From positions 1 through 40,637 of the forward strand of contig JAUCBJ010006278.1 of the NCBI GenBank assembly GCA_032718475.1: DNA of 40,637 nt. The letters run 5' to 3'. The notes beneath the pieces were generated by a model. That model was not told where the DNA came from. It ran no database searches and worked only from the letters and a program-made list of their open reading frames with translations. This DNA comes from Nemertoderma westbladi. Lineage: Eukaryota; Animalia; Xenacoelomorpha. This document shows, piece after piece, positions 1-12,530 of this stretch (its first letter is position 1; every line of letters begins with the position of its first letter). Made by a program: the position numbers and the translations under genes.

Positions 1-914
1 CATTTGATTTGTGGGCACATTGCACATCATTAGAGAACCTTCAGTAATCACACGCTCTCAGTGAATATGTGGCCCACAGAACTTGACATTTATTGATCGA
101 TATGAAACCATTATCGGTAGTTATAAGTAATGGACGATTCACTCCTAAAAGAAAAGTGCATTTTACTTACTTAGTTAAAATTTAGAGATTTCTGCTATCG
201 TTGCATTACAGTCCGAAGCTTATTCGTGTATTTGCAGTGGCATTGCGAATGCGAGCATATACAATATACATAGTTAGTAAAGAATTGTATTCATTCATTA
301 ACCCAACAGACCATATGAAAAATGGGCAAAAATCAAAATCCATCAATCAAATCATCAAAATCTATCATATCCCACCAAAAATTTTTTTGAGCATTGGTTT
401 CACTTACTTATTATGAAATAATGTTATATAATATACAATGAATTTGAACAAAGTAGGCAATATATTGTATATATATAATTATACAATACAATATACTTAT
501 AGGTATTATTTAATTGCAACTTAAATTCATGTATCTACGTACTTGGTAATAATGAGCATCTTTGAAGAATCTTGAAGAATTACACAATCAAACCAAACCA
601 CATTTTTTTGGATTCAATGCTATATTTTTAATGTTCAAAAAGTATTAGAATAGACTTATATTAATGTGGCACAATATATTTATTCATGGAAATTCCACAG
701 AAATTGGCACCATGCAAACCAATTTCATTCAAGTAAAAATGCTCTCCACCCAAGTCTCAAGTTTACCATTGAAATCAACGAACGGGCACTTTCACCCATT
801 CTTGAAAGGTTGTGATTGTTGTGATAGGAGTGCGTCATGCAACTTCCTGCTGAATGCTGTCGTAATCCTACTGATATTGGGCTGGTCATCAATCATATTG
901 CTTGTGCCCGTGTC

Positions 915-1095
915 TTACACGTTCGTGGGGCCTTCGCGCAGCACGGGGCTCAGTTATGAGATACAGTTTAATATTGAGCGATTCTACTGTAACACAAACT
1001 CGGTACCTAAGAAATTTAACCAAAACCAGTAAATCAAAGAGATATAAAAGCCCCACCTCCCCCCTCCCCCCTCCCCCTCCTAATCTGCACCACCC
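915..1095. repeat. Dispersed repeat, second copy at ~2025-2180
   Basis: ACACGTTC.TGG.G.CTTCGCGCAGCACG.GGCTCAGTTATGAGA...ATTGAGCGATT and the downstream TAATCTGCACC occur at both places. Confidence 0.7.
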
Positions 1096-1704
1096 AAAGG
1101 CACACACAGGATTGAAGAAAGGCAAGAGGTATTAACATAAAATTTGTGTTTCAAAAGTAATATGTTATATTTATTTTTTAATATAACACAAAATACAACT
1201 TGAAGTGATTCACAAATATACAAACAGCATAAATTTCTAGCAAAAAAAATTAAAGATCGCATATTTTTTAATTTAATTAACCAACAAAGAAATCAAGAAA
1301 CTCATGTTATTGGTAACATGTTAAACTCATAAAGTAATATATGAAATATTTTAGGCGTGGAGGCAACCCAATTTGTAAGAAATATAAAACTTACCTTATG
1401 CTGATAGTATTGATACTGAGATAGTAATTTATCATGTCAACACCTCAACGAAATTATTTCGCTAATTATTGGGAAGAATCATGATTAAGTACTCAGCTGA
1501 TCATTTTGTAAGCTAAACACAATAAACAAGCTGGAGTATTAGTCTGGCTTATTACAATGCTGCCTTTAAGTAGAGACGAGGTGTGGTTGGACTGGTTCCC
1601 CTTCCAAGCTAGGCTAGGTATTCTTGCTTTTGCAAACATGCCAATGAAGAACGGAGCTATAGTTGGAGACGGGGCATTTTAATAAGTTAATTGTGTTTAG
1701 ATCA

Positions 1705-2025
1705 ATTAAAAACACATTTCTTAATGGAATGGAATGGGGTATGGGGAATACAGTTGTATCATTTTTAAGTATAATTATTTAAATGTTATACTAGAAAATA
1801 ATTAATATCCTTTAAGAGGCAGGTTTAAAATACTGTTTTTACCCTAATCAACTTAATTAACTAATTAACTGCTATTAGCTTAGCTTCTGAAAGGCCACAA
1901 GGAATTTCAACTTGGAAAATTTCTAAAATTTTGCCAAACTACATGTGTACCAAGTTTGAATAGATTTCATTAACATTTGGCTGAGTTATTAACGTTTAAA
2001 ATTGTACACGACAGAACAACAGAAT
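1705..2025. mobile_element. Helitron/Helentron-like non-autonomous element, family A body; its other end appears displaced to 2965-3010
   Basis: Aligns by eye with 12920-13200 and 18810-19120 (GGGTATGGGGAAT..., AATCAACTTAATTAACTAATTAACTGCTATT, TACCAAGTTTG). The end motif GGTACCCGTATGCTAAGCTCGCTTACTTTCGTGGCTCGCCCCACAA at 2965-3010 matches 13216-13260. Confidence 0.6.
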
Positions 2026-2264
2026 AACACGTTCTTGGTGACTTCGCGCAGCACGAGGCTCAGTTATGAGACACAAATTAAAATTGAGCGATTGTATCAC
2101 AAAGTCAGTATTTAACCACGCCGCCAATCAATCAAAGAAAGGGGGACAGTACGTGTTCACCCCTTTTAATCTGCACCTGCCCCCACCCCCCCCCCCCCCC
2201 CCCTTCCCACCCACCCATGACCGCGACATCTACCACCCACGGAAGGGTAGCACGAACTTAGTTC

Positions 2265-2882
2265 CTATCGCACGTTCATAGGTTTATAGGAGTATAGTCA
2301 ATGCAGTACTCGTCCTCATTATAAGCCATATTGTGCTCGTCCTGTTTGGTATATAAATATATTTCCTAAACGCAGTCTGACGATCTTCATAACTATCGAT
2401 ACGTTCAATATGCGAAGCCAGATGGTTTATAGGATTATAATAAATGCAGTACTCCTCTTCATTATAAGCATTGTTGCGCTCGTCCTTTTTTGTATTTAAA
2501 TATATTTCTTAACCACAGACTGACGATCTTTATAATAATAATAACTAGGGACGTGTTCAATATGTGAAGCCAGGTGGTTTATATGATAATATACAACGCA
2601 GTACTCGTCTTCATTATAAGCCTCGTTGTGCTCGTCCTGTTGTATTTAAAAATATTTCCTAAACGCAGACTGACAATCTTTATAACTATCGATACGTGCA
2701 ATATGCGAAACCAGATATGATTTATAGAAATATAATCAACGCAGTACTCGTCTTCATTATTATAAGCGTCGTTGAGTTTGTCCTGTTTTGTATTTAAATA
2801 TATTTCCTAAACGCAGACTGACAATCTTTATAACTATCGATGCATTCAATATGGTTTATAGGATTATAATCAACGCTGTACT
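2265..2882. repeat. ~143-bp tandem repeat, ~4.3 diverged copies
   Basis: GCAGTACTC-like anchor at 2303, 2446, 2598, 2741 and 2875. Confidence 0.85.
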
Positions 2883-3999
2883 AAATGCAGTCGATGCAGT
2901 AATGTTATTCAAATAATTAATTTAATATACCGATACCCTCTGCCCTCTGTTAATACCTCAGTGTGGTACCCGTATGCTAAGCTCGCTTACTTTCGTGGCT
3001 CGCCCCACAAACCTCATTACAGCTATTGGGGATACGAAGAATATTCTTTGCATTAAGTTGCTTTCTGTGGTAAAGTCTACCTCTATCATTGAAAGAGACG
3101 AGACCTGCGCCCGCGGATTGTTGCTGGACTTGTTCGTTTAAAGGTTACCTTGTCTCATACCCATGTCGTGCAAACACCAGATCCCAATTATAAAACACCC
3201 AGTAACAGGCACACATGTTGTTTATTCATTCTCTTATAATACACGAATATTGACAGATAGATTATTTAGCATTAACAATGGAGATACAGAAAGTATTTTT
3301 TATACAAGACATTAATTATTACCGTTTTGCAGTGCATAGAGATTCTATCTTCCAAAATCTAGCTAGAGCAGTAGAGCTTATGTGTTTAGCTTAACGAAAT
3401 GTGCCTGTAGCTTAATGAGAATGAAGAATCATTCCAACCGATGAATGGCATTCCACTCTGCCATTTGATAGTAAGCTAGCATATTAATCCCATTCAATAT
3501 TCTGTATGGTTGCAGGACATAATGGTAATGAAAATAAGTATGGAATGATAAATAGAATATTCATGCTAGGCTTTCCACTTGTTGGATGCTAAAATGGTAA
3601 TCATTTATAATTTGAGCATCACAATTAAAATTCTACTATGACGATGGGTAAAGGTTAAAGGAGGGGGGTGGGAGTGGAGCGGCATAGACATTGATTTAAT
3701 AATTTCCTAAATCCAATTGTTTGCCGCATTTTGACAACTGACCAAAACGTAACTGTTGTTGTACATATATGTTGTATGGCCTCAATGTAACCATAACCAC
3801 TAATCAGTAACGGTAATACAAGTAGGACCAGTTTCACATTCATACAACGAAGTAAAATTGATACCTTTTTGATAGTTTTATCACTTGATGTTGACATCAT
3901 GCAGTGGCACTTCCAGGCATTGTTGTTAGGATGTACTCAGCACCCCCAGCGCCACCCCACCCCCACCCCACCTCAATAAAGGCAGCATTTGGTTTATAG

Positions 4000-4620
4000 A
4001 CTATGCTCGGTGGGATGATCCTAGCACACTGACACCAAAGAAGGTGTGTTTCAACTGTTTTGAACGCATTCTTGAAGTCGATATTACACCCGCAGTCTTA
4101 TATGGAATAAGCACTAGCAGGAACTTGGTGATAGTTAAGGTTATAGACATATTGCATAAAGCTATCAGGAGAATCCTCAAATGTGGCAACTATATCTCCA
4201 ATTACGCTATAGAAACCCTAATGAGCCAAGGTGATCTCAGGTCTGAAAAACCTAGCTATCCTATACAATATGTTCAACTGTGAGAACCGTAAACTAATAT
4301 TCCTGACAACATATCTGCTGTGCAACCATCTGTCTGGAAGCTATGAATGTCCAGTATTTGCAACTTACAACATGGCTGCATGGGAGCTAGGACTACCATC
4401 CATCACCTCACTATCGACTAGTCGGTATAGCATTAAATGTATAAAGCAGTGAAAGATAATTTCTGTACCAGGACCCCTAAAGAACAATATGCAGTATTAT
4501 ATGTTAGGAGCTTACTCAAAACTGTCCCATTGGAAACTTCGTAGCGAAGCATGCTGTACTACTGGATTTTTACAAATTAAAACCCGAACGAAACCTTTAG
4601 TTGATCTAAGAACCATCGAA
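4000..4620 (+). pseudogene. Decayed non-LTR retrotransposon fragment (RT thumb/C-terminal region)
   Basis: Translation ITPAVLYG...HKAIRRILKCGNYISNYAIETLM resembles the LINE post-RT consensus IxPxLLYG...F.KRILG...TSNxAV. Stops and frameshifts follow. Confidence 0.45.
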
Positions 4621-5866
4621 CTAGGGCTTAGCTTATATTATAGGATCGTATTTTGATATACCGATGCTATATCTTGTGTGCAATAAAATCAATAATCTCC
4701 ACAACTGTACCTACTATTGTTTAAATATTTTAATCTTACAATTTCAACAATATTATTTGTGTCATATTGCACCACACTCCTTTGTTATTGTTCACTGCAC
4801 TTTGATTTTACTCGTTATTTTATGTATTATGTATTTTATTTATGTAAATTAAAGCCGCCGGGGCGAAAAATTCCGGATGATGAAAAAAAAAATTGTGGTG
4901 GACTACCCTCCCTCAATTTTGTACAAGTCGCTAATGCCGTAGCAAGCTTGTACTTTCTAAACTACATGTTTTATAAGATCATACTTAGTTTATAATTTAT
5001 TTGGATTAATTTAAATGTATAATTAATGGTGTCTTCATAATTGGTCTCGTTTATGCTTATGTATGCATATCATATTCTTATTAACTCTTTTCAAGATATC
5101 TCAAAAACTCAAGCAGGTTCGCAAAAATTTTAATAACAAACTCTACATAAATGACAAATACAAAAAATACAAAAAATAAACTCTACATAAAATTGCGCTA
5201 TTTATGTTTATGTTTTGTGTTTATTATTATGTTTTTTATAGTAATGGTATCGGATAAATACAATTATGTTCGAAATTTATTAATAATAGAAATGTTTTTA
5301 ATATTCGGAGCTCAATGTAGGCAAATATATTTCGATTTATATTAAAATCATTATCAATAATAAGCACTATAGGTAGGTTGTAATTATGTATGAAATTGTT
5401 ATAATTACTTGGTGTTTCTTGCAAACTGCGATATTCTAACTGTACCGTACATTATACAACATCTGTATGGGCTGATATGCACTGACTGAATATTACACAA
5501 CTCTAATTCTTACAGACACCCTAAAAAGTATTGGTATTTCTTGCAAACTGCGGTATTCTAACTGTACCGTACATTATACATACAACATTTGTATGGGCTG
5601 ATATGCACTGACTGAATATTACACAACTCTAATTCTTACAGACACCCTAAAAAGTAAGTTCGTTTAATTGTACTTTTTAGGGTGTCTGTAAGAATCAGAG
5701 TTGTGTAATATTCAGTCAGTGCATATCAGCCCATACAGATGTTGTATAATGTACGGTACAGTTAGAATACCGCAGTTTGCAAGAAATACCAATACTTTTT
5801 AGGGTGTCTGTAAGAATTAGAGTTGTGTAATATTCAGTCAGTGCATATCAGCCCATACTACTACTA

Positions 5867-7370
5867 CTAGGTCGAGCGAACTCGGACAGTGGAAATGAGA
5901 TCCTTCCAGGCTTCCCGATTCTCCATAGTTGTCGCAATTTCGTTTCTCCTAAGTTCAGTATCCCTTTCAAGTTGATCTATATATTTTATGGCCGGTCGTC
6001 CACGACTACGCTTTCCATGAGTTGGTTGCCAGAAAAGTAGATCTGGTATGACCTCGTCTTTACTTCGCCAGCAGTGCCCACTGAATCTTAATCTGCGTTC
6101 ACGGAGGGTGGTTGATACAGGTGGTATTGTACCATAAAGCTCGGCGTTTGTCATGTGTTGTCTCCAGCTGATGTTTAGGGCTGCCCTTAGTAGTCTTGTG
6201 TAGCAACCATCAATTCGTTGTTCAAGTGATTTAGTCAGTGTCCAGGTCTCACCCCCATATAAAAATACACTTTCCACTGTGGCTCGAAAGAACTTAGTCT
6301 TCAGGTGCCTGGAGAGATCTGATTTCCAGATGGTATCCATTTTTGATAGAGCTACCCAAGCCTTTGCTTTCCTAACTTCTATGTCCTTTTTGCTACTCTC
6401 TATCCATGATCCAAGGTACTGGAAGTCATCGACCTTCCTTAGTTGATTATTATCAATGGTTGTCAAGTTTCCATCAACATTAAAGGTCATGAATTCGGTC
6501 TTTGTAGCATTTATATGCAATCCAACCTCCTTAGCAGCCCTCTCCACTTTATTTAGTAGAAGCTGTGCATCTGCTAGGGTATTAGAGAGCAGGGCGATGT
6601 CATCCGCAAAGTCGGTGTCTGTGACTGTAGTTGCCGGATATCTACTACTTCTGCGTTCTTGAAGTGTGAATCCCAGGTCTTCACCCTTTGTGGCCGTCCT
6701 CATTGCGTAATCCAGCACAATTACAAATAGTAATGGTGCTAATGTGTCACCTTGCAGTACGCCAGCCAGGATTGAGAAAAACTCAGTTTCACCATCTGGT
6801 GAGAGTACCTGCGCTTCTGTGTCACAATATAACAATCCAATGCCAGCAACAATTGCTTCTGGTATTCCATAAGCTCTTAGGATTTCAAGCATTTTACCTC
6901 TATGGATGGAGTCGAATGCCTTCTTGAAGTCCACAAAAGTCATGACAGCGGGGAGATTCTTTGACTTAATTCCTTCAATCAGTCTCCATAGTGCAAGTAT
7001 CTGAGCTATTGTTGATCTACTTGGTCGAAATCCGTTTTGGCTCTTACGCAGTAGTTTCTCTATGTGAGGCCTAATCCTATATAGAATCATTTTATTGTAT
7101 ATTTTGGCAGCTACCACAAGCAGACAGATCCCACGATAGTTTGTTGGTATGCCGAGGTCTCCTTTCTTGGGGAGAGGCTTTAGTTGACCTTTAGTCCAAA
7201 TTGGTGGTGGCTTTTCCCCTTTTAACATCTGGTTGCAAACATTCAATAATGGTCTGTTTAGCACTCCGATTTTCCATACCTCCGCTGGGTTTTCATCTAA
7301 TCCACTCGCTTTATTATTGGACATGCTTTTAATGCTTCTTTGGAGTTCGGCAGGTGTGAAGTAGTGTCTT
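5867..7370 (-). CDS. Reverse transcriptase domain of RTE LINE (uninterrupted 3' piece)
   Basis: KASGLD, PKKGDL..NYRGICL, QNGFRPSRST, FVDFKKAFDSI, GVLQGDTLAPLLF, DFADD, FQYLGS, FLYGGETW, RRLRFSGHCWR, RGRP. The first ~50 aa of ORF 5867..7519 are off-frame. Confidence 0.93.
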
Positions 7371-8238
7371 GTCATATATTTTCCTTGTAGGGCTGACCTC
7401 GATGTTTGGTGGCTGCCCAAGCAAGTTGCTGAAGTGATTTTTCCACTTCCCAACACCTTCTTCAGGACTATCGGCTTTGAGGCGCCCCTTTGCACAACTT
7501 TTCCGACCAGATACCTCATTTACAGTTTGCCAGGTAAGTCTTGATTGTTGCTGTATGTGAGCAGTTGTAATTGCTTCAGTTTTATCCTGTATGTACTTTT
7601 CCTGGCTGATGTTGTAGGCCAATTTAAGATCGTCTTTAGCTTTCTCAACCTTGTTAATGTATTCGGTTGTTGGTTGTTCGGTTTTAACTTTGTAGGCTAT
7701 CTTAAGATCTTCTCTCTTACAAGTAACCTCAGAGTTTTGCCATGGCACATATTGTTTTCGTTTGTGTTTCTGGGGGATATGCCTCTTAGCTGATTCCTTG
7801 TGGGCTGTTATTATATTCTGGTATATTGAATTGGTGGATTGGTCTTCATCCATTGACTGAAGTGCTTCAAAGCGGTTTTGAACTTCTACTGTATAAGCAT
7901 CCTTTACAGCATTGTCAGTTCTGAGTTTTTCCCAGTCATATTTGATTTGCTTGCTTGTCCTGGGTTTGCTGGCTCTCAAACTGAGTCTGATCTCTGCAGT
8001 CACAATTCTGTGGTCCGAACCAATTAGGTTAAACGAGCTGTATGCTTCGCAGTTGATCATGCTGTTTCTCCACTTTTTGTTTATGAGGATGTAATCCAGT
8101 TGTGCTTTGGTTCCATTAGGGTATTGAAAGGTCCATAGCTTCACCTTACTCTTTTCGAATGTGTTGTTTGTTGGTATCAATTCACATTCTTCCATTAGGT
8201 CTAAAAGTAAGTACCCATTTCTGTTAGAACTGGTGTTA
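7329..8238 (-). pseudogene. C-terminal part of APE endonuclease plus linker (LINE ORF, 5' piece, frameshift near 7370)
   Basis: Motifs NRNGYLL, WTFQYPNG, QLDYILINKKWRNS, GSDHRIV. The ORF-track ATG lies in the TSD and is not a real start. Confidence 0.9.
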
Positions 8239-8431
8239 CAGCCCATACAGATGTTGTATAATGTACGGTACAGTTAGAATATCGCAGTTGGCAAGAAATA
8301 CCAAGTAATTATAACAATTTCATACATAATTACAACCTACCTATAGTGCTTATTATTGATAATGATTTTAATATAAATCGAAATATATTTGCCTACATTG
8401 AGCTCCGAATATTAAAAACATTTCTATTATG

Positions 8432-10751
8432 TTTTTTGTGGCGTTTCAATCACGGGGTCACTGAAAAATAGCGGTTTTGAAAATTTAAAGTCGAATTTCA
8501 CCGATTCCAACTCGAGTATGCACCAACTTTTTTATTTGGGCTATTCAGTCAGTTGAGCAACATATTTGTGCCTCAGAATCTTTTCAAATATCGCCAATCT
8601 CGCCAGAACGTCGCCAAAATTTGTTAGTCCGGCAAAAAAACGCACTAATTCGTCTAAAAGAGTAACTTATTGGTTGCAGAATAATATGATTCAACTAGAA
8701 AAGCCAGTAAGCTGGCTATAAGGAGACCTTCCATAGACATACGTAGTGTTAGTTGGGTCCCTCCTCTTTCATTATCATCAACCTATAAAACATTTGAACG
8801 GCCCAGTGCTTACAATTCAATCAGCTGGCCTCCCACCTAACACAGCAGTGAGTAGTAAGTAACCTTATAGATATTCCCATAGGATTCACTGGGAAGAGCT
8901 ATTCAGCTGTCAGGGTGATACATTATACAAACTAACAGTTGATGTTTGATTACTGTCTGGGATAGAGTGAGAGAGTAATAAAATTACCAAGTAATATACT
9001 TCTGTGCAGTTTGGGCCTATCCATTCAATAAATAGTAGTAGATTACTAGGCCCACATGAGTACCAGCAGCAGGTGTTTCTATCGTTGAGTTGATGGCAAT
9101 TTTCGTGTTTTCATTTTCGCTCACTCAGGGTACTGGTTTGAGGGGCAGGTTCGTTTAATGCCAGCTTGCTGGCTTTCTAGTGATAATCTATGATAATTCA
9201 GCTTGTGATATATTATTGATGCATGTATAAATTTAATATATATTGTTAATGAATGTCATGTGCATTGTACGGTGATTTATACCAGGATGTTAGGCGGGAA
9301 TTTAATTGAAAAAAGCATATTATTTATTTAGTAGAATTAGAATTAGTAGTATGGAACAATGATCATTGTATGTGAGTGAGTGCAATAATTAATGTAATTA
9401 ATTTATTTAGCATGCTGGTTGACAATGCTTGTCCATACGTATATAAACTTATAATCAGACACAAGCAAATAATATCACTATTCATTCAGAGAACCCGCCC
9501 AAGGATTTCCTGCAATTAGGAGAACGAACACCAAACACCAGTTAAGGGTGGGTAGGGGTTATCCTGGAACTAATTTTCTAATTATATGAAAGTCAGGCTC
9601 CATTTTAGAAAAACTGAGGTGCTCCACCCGTACATGCTATGGGGTGCTTTACTAAATCCAATTCTCAGCATGAATAATCAATGGGTTTGTGTAATTAACT
9701 TTTTCAATCATGGTATAGTACTAACAGGTACTGTGAGGTTTAATAAATCATATGCAGCCTTGAGAAGCCTTTCCAGGATTAACTACTAGCATGGGATGAA
9801 AGCTGATAACGGAATCAGACACCTTGTGTACAGCTCTGTTTCAAATTGAAATCTAGGGGGATTTTAACAATAACACATTTAGCAAAAAAAATTTAAATAT
9901 ATTATACCATCAAAGGTAATTGAAACGGTAAAAGTTATTACAAGGAATATAATAATACAAATATGTGAACGAAGGCATAAAAGTGAATGTTATTCTATTT
10001 TCAACGAAACATTTAAATTATTATGTATAGAAAACAAGCAAATAACTACAGACAACTAGAAAGCCAGCAAGCTGGCATTAAACGAACCTGCCCCTCAAAC
10101 TAGTACCCTGAGTGAGTGAAAATGAAAACACGAAAATTGCCATCAATTCAACGATAGAAACACCAGCTGCTGGTACTCAGGAGGGCCTAGTAAGCTACTA
10201 CTATTTATTGAATGGATAGCCCAAACTGCAGAGAAGTATATTACTTGCTAAATTTATTACTATCTCACTCTAACCCAGACAGTAATCAAATATCAACTGT
10301 TATTTTGTATAATGTATTACCCCCCAGCTGAATAGCTCTTCCCAGTGAATCCTTGGGAATATCATTGTAAGCACTGGGCCGTTCAAATGTTTTATACGTT
10401 GATGATAATGAATGAGGAGGGACCCAACTATACTACGTTTGTCTATGGACGGTCTCCTTATAGCCAGCTTGCTGGCTTTTCTAGTTGAATCATATTATTC
10501 TGCAACCAATAATTTACTCTTTTAGACGAATTAGTGCGTTTTTTTGCCGGACTAACAAATTTTGGCGACGTTCTGTGCGAGATTGGCGATATTTGAAAAG
10601 ATTCTGAGGCTCAAATATGTTGCTCAAATGACTGAATAGCCCAAATAAAAAAGTTGGTGCCTACTCGGCGAGTTGAAATCGGTGAAATTCGACATTAAAT
10701 TTTCAAAACCGGTATTTTTCAGTGATCCCGTGATCGAAACGCCACAAAAAA
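8432..10751. mobile_element. Long inverted-repeat structure (arms 8432-9181 and 10055-10751, ~870-bp unique spacer) carrying four Helitron-like 3' ends
   Basis: The arms are reverse complements with scattered substitutions and one ~50-bp indel. Hairpin GCCAGC-TT-GCTGGC plus TTTCTAGT occurs at 8694-8716 (-), 9160-9181 (+), 10055-10076 (-) and 10463-10485 (+). Confidence 0.85.
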
Positions 10752-11129
10752 TATACAGTCTTGTGCGCAACAAAAATATATGTAGAGTTTGTTATTAAAA
10801 TTTTTGCGTACCTGCTTGAGTTTTTGAGATATTGGATGGTTACACACATACACAGATAATAACCCATCGTGTTTTTGAACGGCTCAACTCTTGACAAAAA
10901 CTACCCTGGCCTATTAATAGGCAGGTTCGTTATTACATATGATATAATATATCAATTCCAGTATTGTCCCTTTGATATAAAAAGTGAAACATACGTATTT
11001 CTTCTTATTGTCCTATCAGTTTTTCTAGCCTTCCAATTATATATTGGTACAGCAAAGGTTAATGCTAAATATGTACTTCCAGGTGTTAATATTATTATGT
11101 AATTATGTACATGTAGAAATATCATAATT

Positions 11130-11475
11130 ACTAGAAAGGCATTTCCTAAAGGAAATGCAACCACGAACATAGGAAAATTAAACAAAGGTACACACTTTGG
11201 TTCGTTGCTTAGCCTACATAGACTTGTTGCCATAGTCCGTTGCCATGGAAACCAGATTTTTTCCTGGATATGAGACCCATCCCACACGACGCGCCTTGAT
11301 GAGTTGTATATACAGGCAATGTTTCAGGGTACTTTTAAAGGCTAGTTTTTTCCGCAATCAAAAAACATTAAATCTGCCCCACACAAGTAAAAGGGCCAAC
11401 TATGAATACACCATCTCAGCTAAGGAAATTCTTTCTTAGCGAAAGTAGTTGATTTTCCTTAGCTTCGTGGAACTT
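11130..11475 (-). mobile_element. Helitron-like element piece with family A hairpin-CTAG terminus
   Basis: ACTAGAAAGGCATTTCCTAAAGGAAATGC (minus strand: hairpin then CTAG|T) is identical to 12759-12787. GTTGATTTTCCTTAGCTTCGTGGA is shared with 12795-12818. Confidence 0.55.
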
Positions 11476-12017
11476 TCAATTTCTTAATTCATAATTTCTT
11501 GTCAAAGTACTCCTCAGCTCGGAGGCATGACCTACTACAACTAATATCGTTAAGTTCTCGACAAACCGCTTTCAGGGAAGAGTTCATTGCATCCAAATTA
11601 TTATAAGGATTAGGTGTCTTTCTTCCCATTATATTAAATAATAATGAAGGAGTTTCAAGTCAAAATCCGTTTAACTATTATTAATGAATAAGACTACAGC
11701 CCAAAATTAATGAATATTAAAATTGTATTAAAATTGTTAGTTGAAAAACGGTAAAACCTAAATTTAACATATAGCAAAACTGACGGTTGAAGTTTAAATC
11801 TGCCACCAACCAATTAGCCTACTGTATCCCGAAATTAGATCCAAACATAAATATACTGTAATAATAAATTTAGCACCGGAAAATTAATAAACACATCGGA
11901 ATTATTGCAGGGGAATGAAATAAAATCTGTAATAAACAAATAAATACGATACTGACTGCACAAATTTTTATTATTATTATCTCTTTGGGCTTAACAGACA
12001 TCCTATTTACAATTTAC

Positions 12018-12530
12018 TTATATTGCTGGTAACATTTTATTAAAGCTAGGTCTAATTTTATTAATTAATACTGCTTCATACGAAAGTCTAACACGACCAT
12101 CCCTAAACTGATTCAGCACGGTCACCCTAAAATCCCCGTCACAGTTTATGAAATGTTCTACAATATATTTTTCCTCTCCCGTGTCAACTGGTCCTTTCCG
12201 TGCACTTCTTATTAACGCGCGATGTCCAGTCACCCGCTCTCAGAGTTTCTGGACAGTAAGTCCTATGTAGAAATCATCCGGGTGAAGACTACATGATATA
12301 AGGTACACTAAGTAAGAAGATACACAGATAGACCCACCCGGAATTGAGTACCCCCAGGTTGTTACCTCCCGTTCTAGAACAACGGCACAAGCCATACATC
12401 TGGCTACAGCGCATTGCCTAGTGCACTTAAAGTTAACGGGTTCCAGCTTCTTAACGACTTAAAGTTGCCCAAATTTAATCCCTTCTTTCTCACTAACTTA
12501 ATATTAATTGACCTGTCAATCATCCTTTGA
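12018..12530 (-). pseudogene. Penelope-like element 3' fragment: GIY-YIG endonuclease with one stop and one frameshift
   Basis: Manual translation upstream of ORF 12018..12233 gives RQCAVARCMAC...CVSSYLVYLISCSLHPDDFYIGLTVQKL*ERVTGH...VEHFINC...RLSYEAVLINKIRPSFN. This has the VY/YIG pair, conserved R, H, E and N, and the Cys-rich PLE linker. Confidence 0.8.

Larger units (their letters stand above)
5859..8238 (-). mobile_element. RTE-clade LINE, 5'-truncated, 10-bp TSD
   Basis: TSD CAGCCCATAC at 5849-5858 and 8239-8248; (TAG)n 3' tail; APE and RT coding; the empty site is preserved in the sister repeat at ~5721-5750. Confidence 0.95.
5283..8430. repeat. Fold-back palindrome (arms ~374 and ~370 bp, 14-bp spacer 5657-5670), right arm split by a LINE
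   Basis: 5283-5656 is the near-perfect reverse complement of 5671-5858 plus 8249-8430. Each arm holds a tandem pair of 122-126-bp units. Confidence 0.92.

Noticed and set aside
201-1262. Short ORFs as host genes (applies to most sub-120-aa ORFs in the window)
   Set aside because: No recognisable domains, AT-biased random-like composition, often non-ATG starts or overlap with repeats.
7371-7519. ATG at 7519 as a true RT start in a two-ORF LINE
   Set aside because: Comparison with the second LINE shows the homologous linker (GRKS...KADSP...WKNHF) is in the upstream frame, so this is one ORF broken by a frameshift.
11490-11525. Hammerhead ribozyme near the Penelope fragment (minus-strand CTGAGGA...GAAA)
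   Set aside because: Stem II does not close properly and stems I and III cannot be formed. Other CTGANGA hits I checked also failed.
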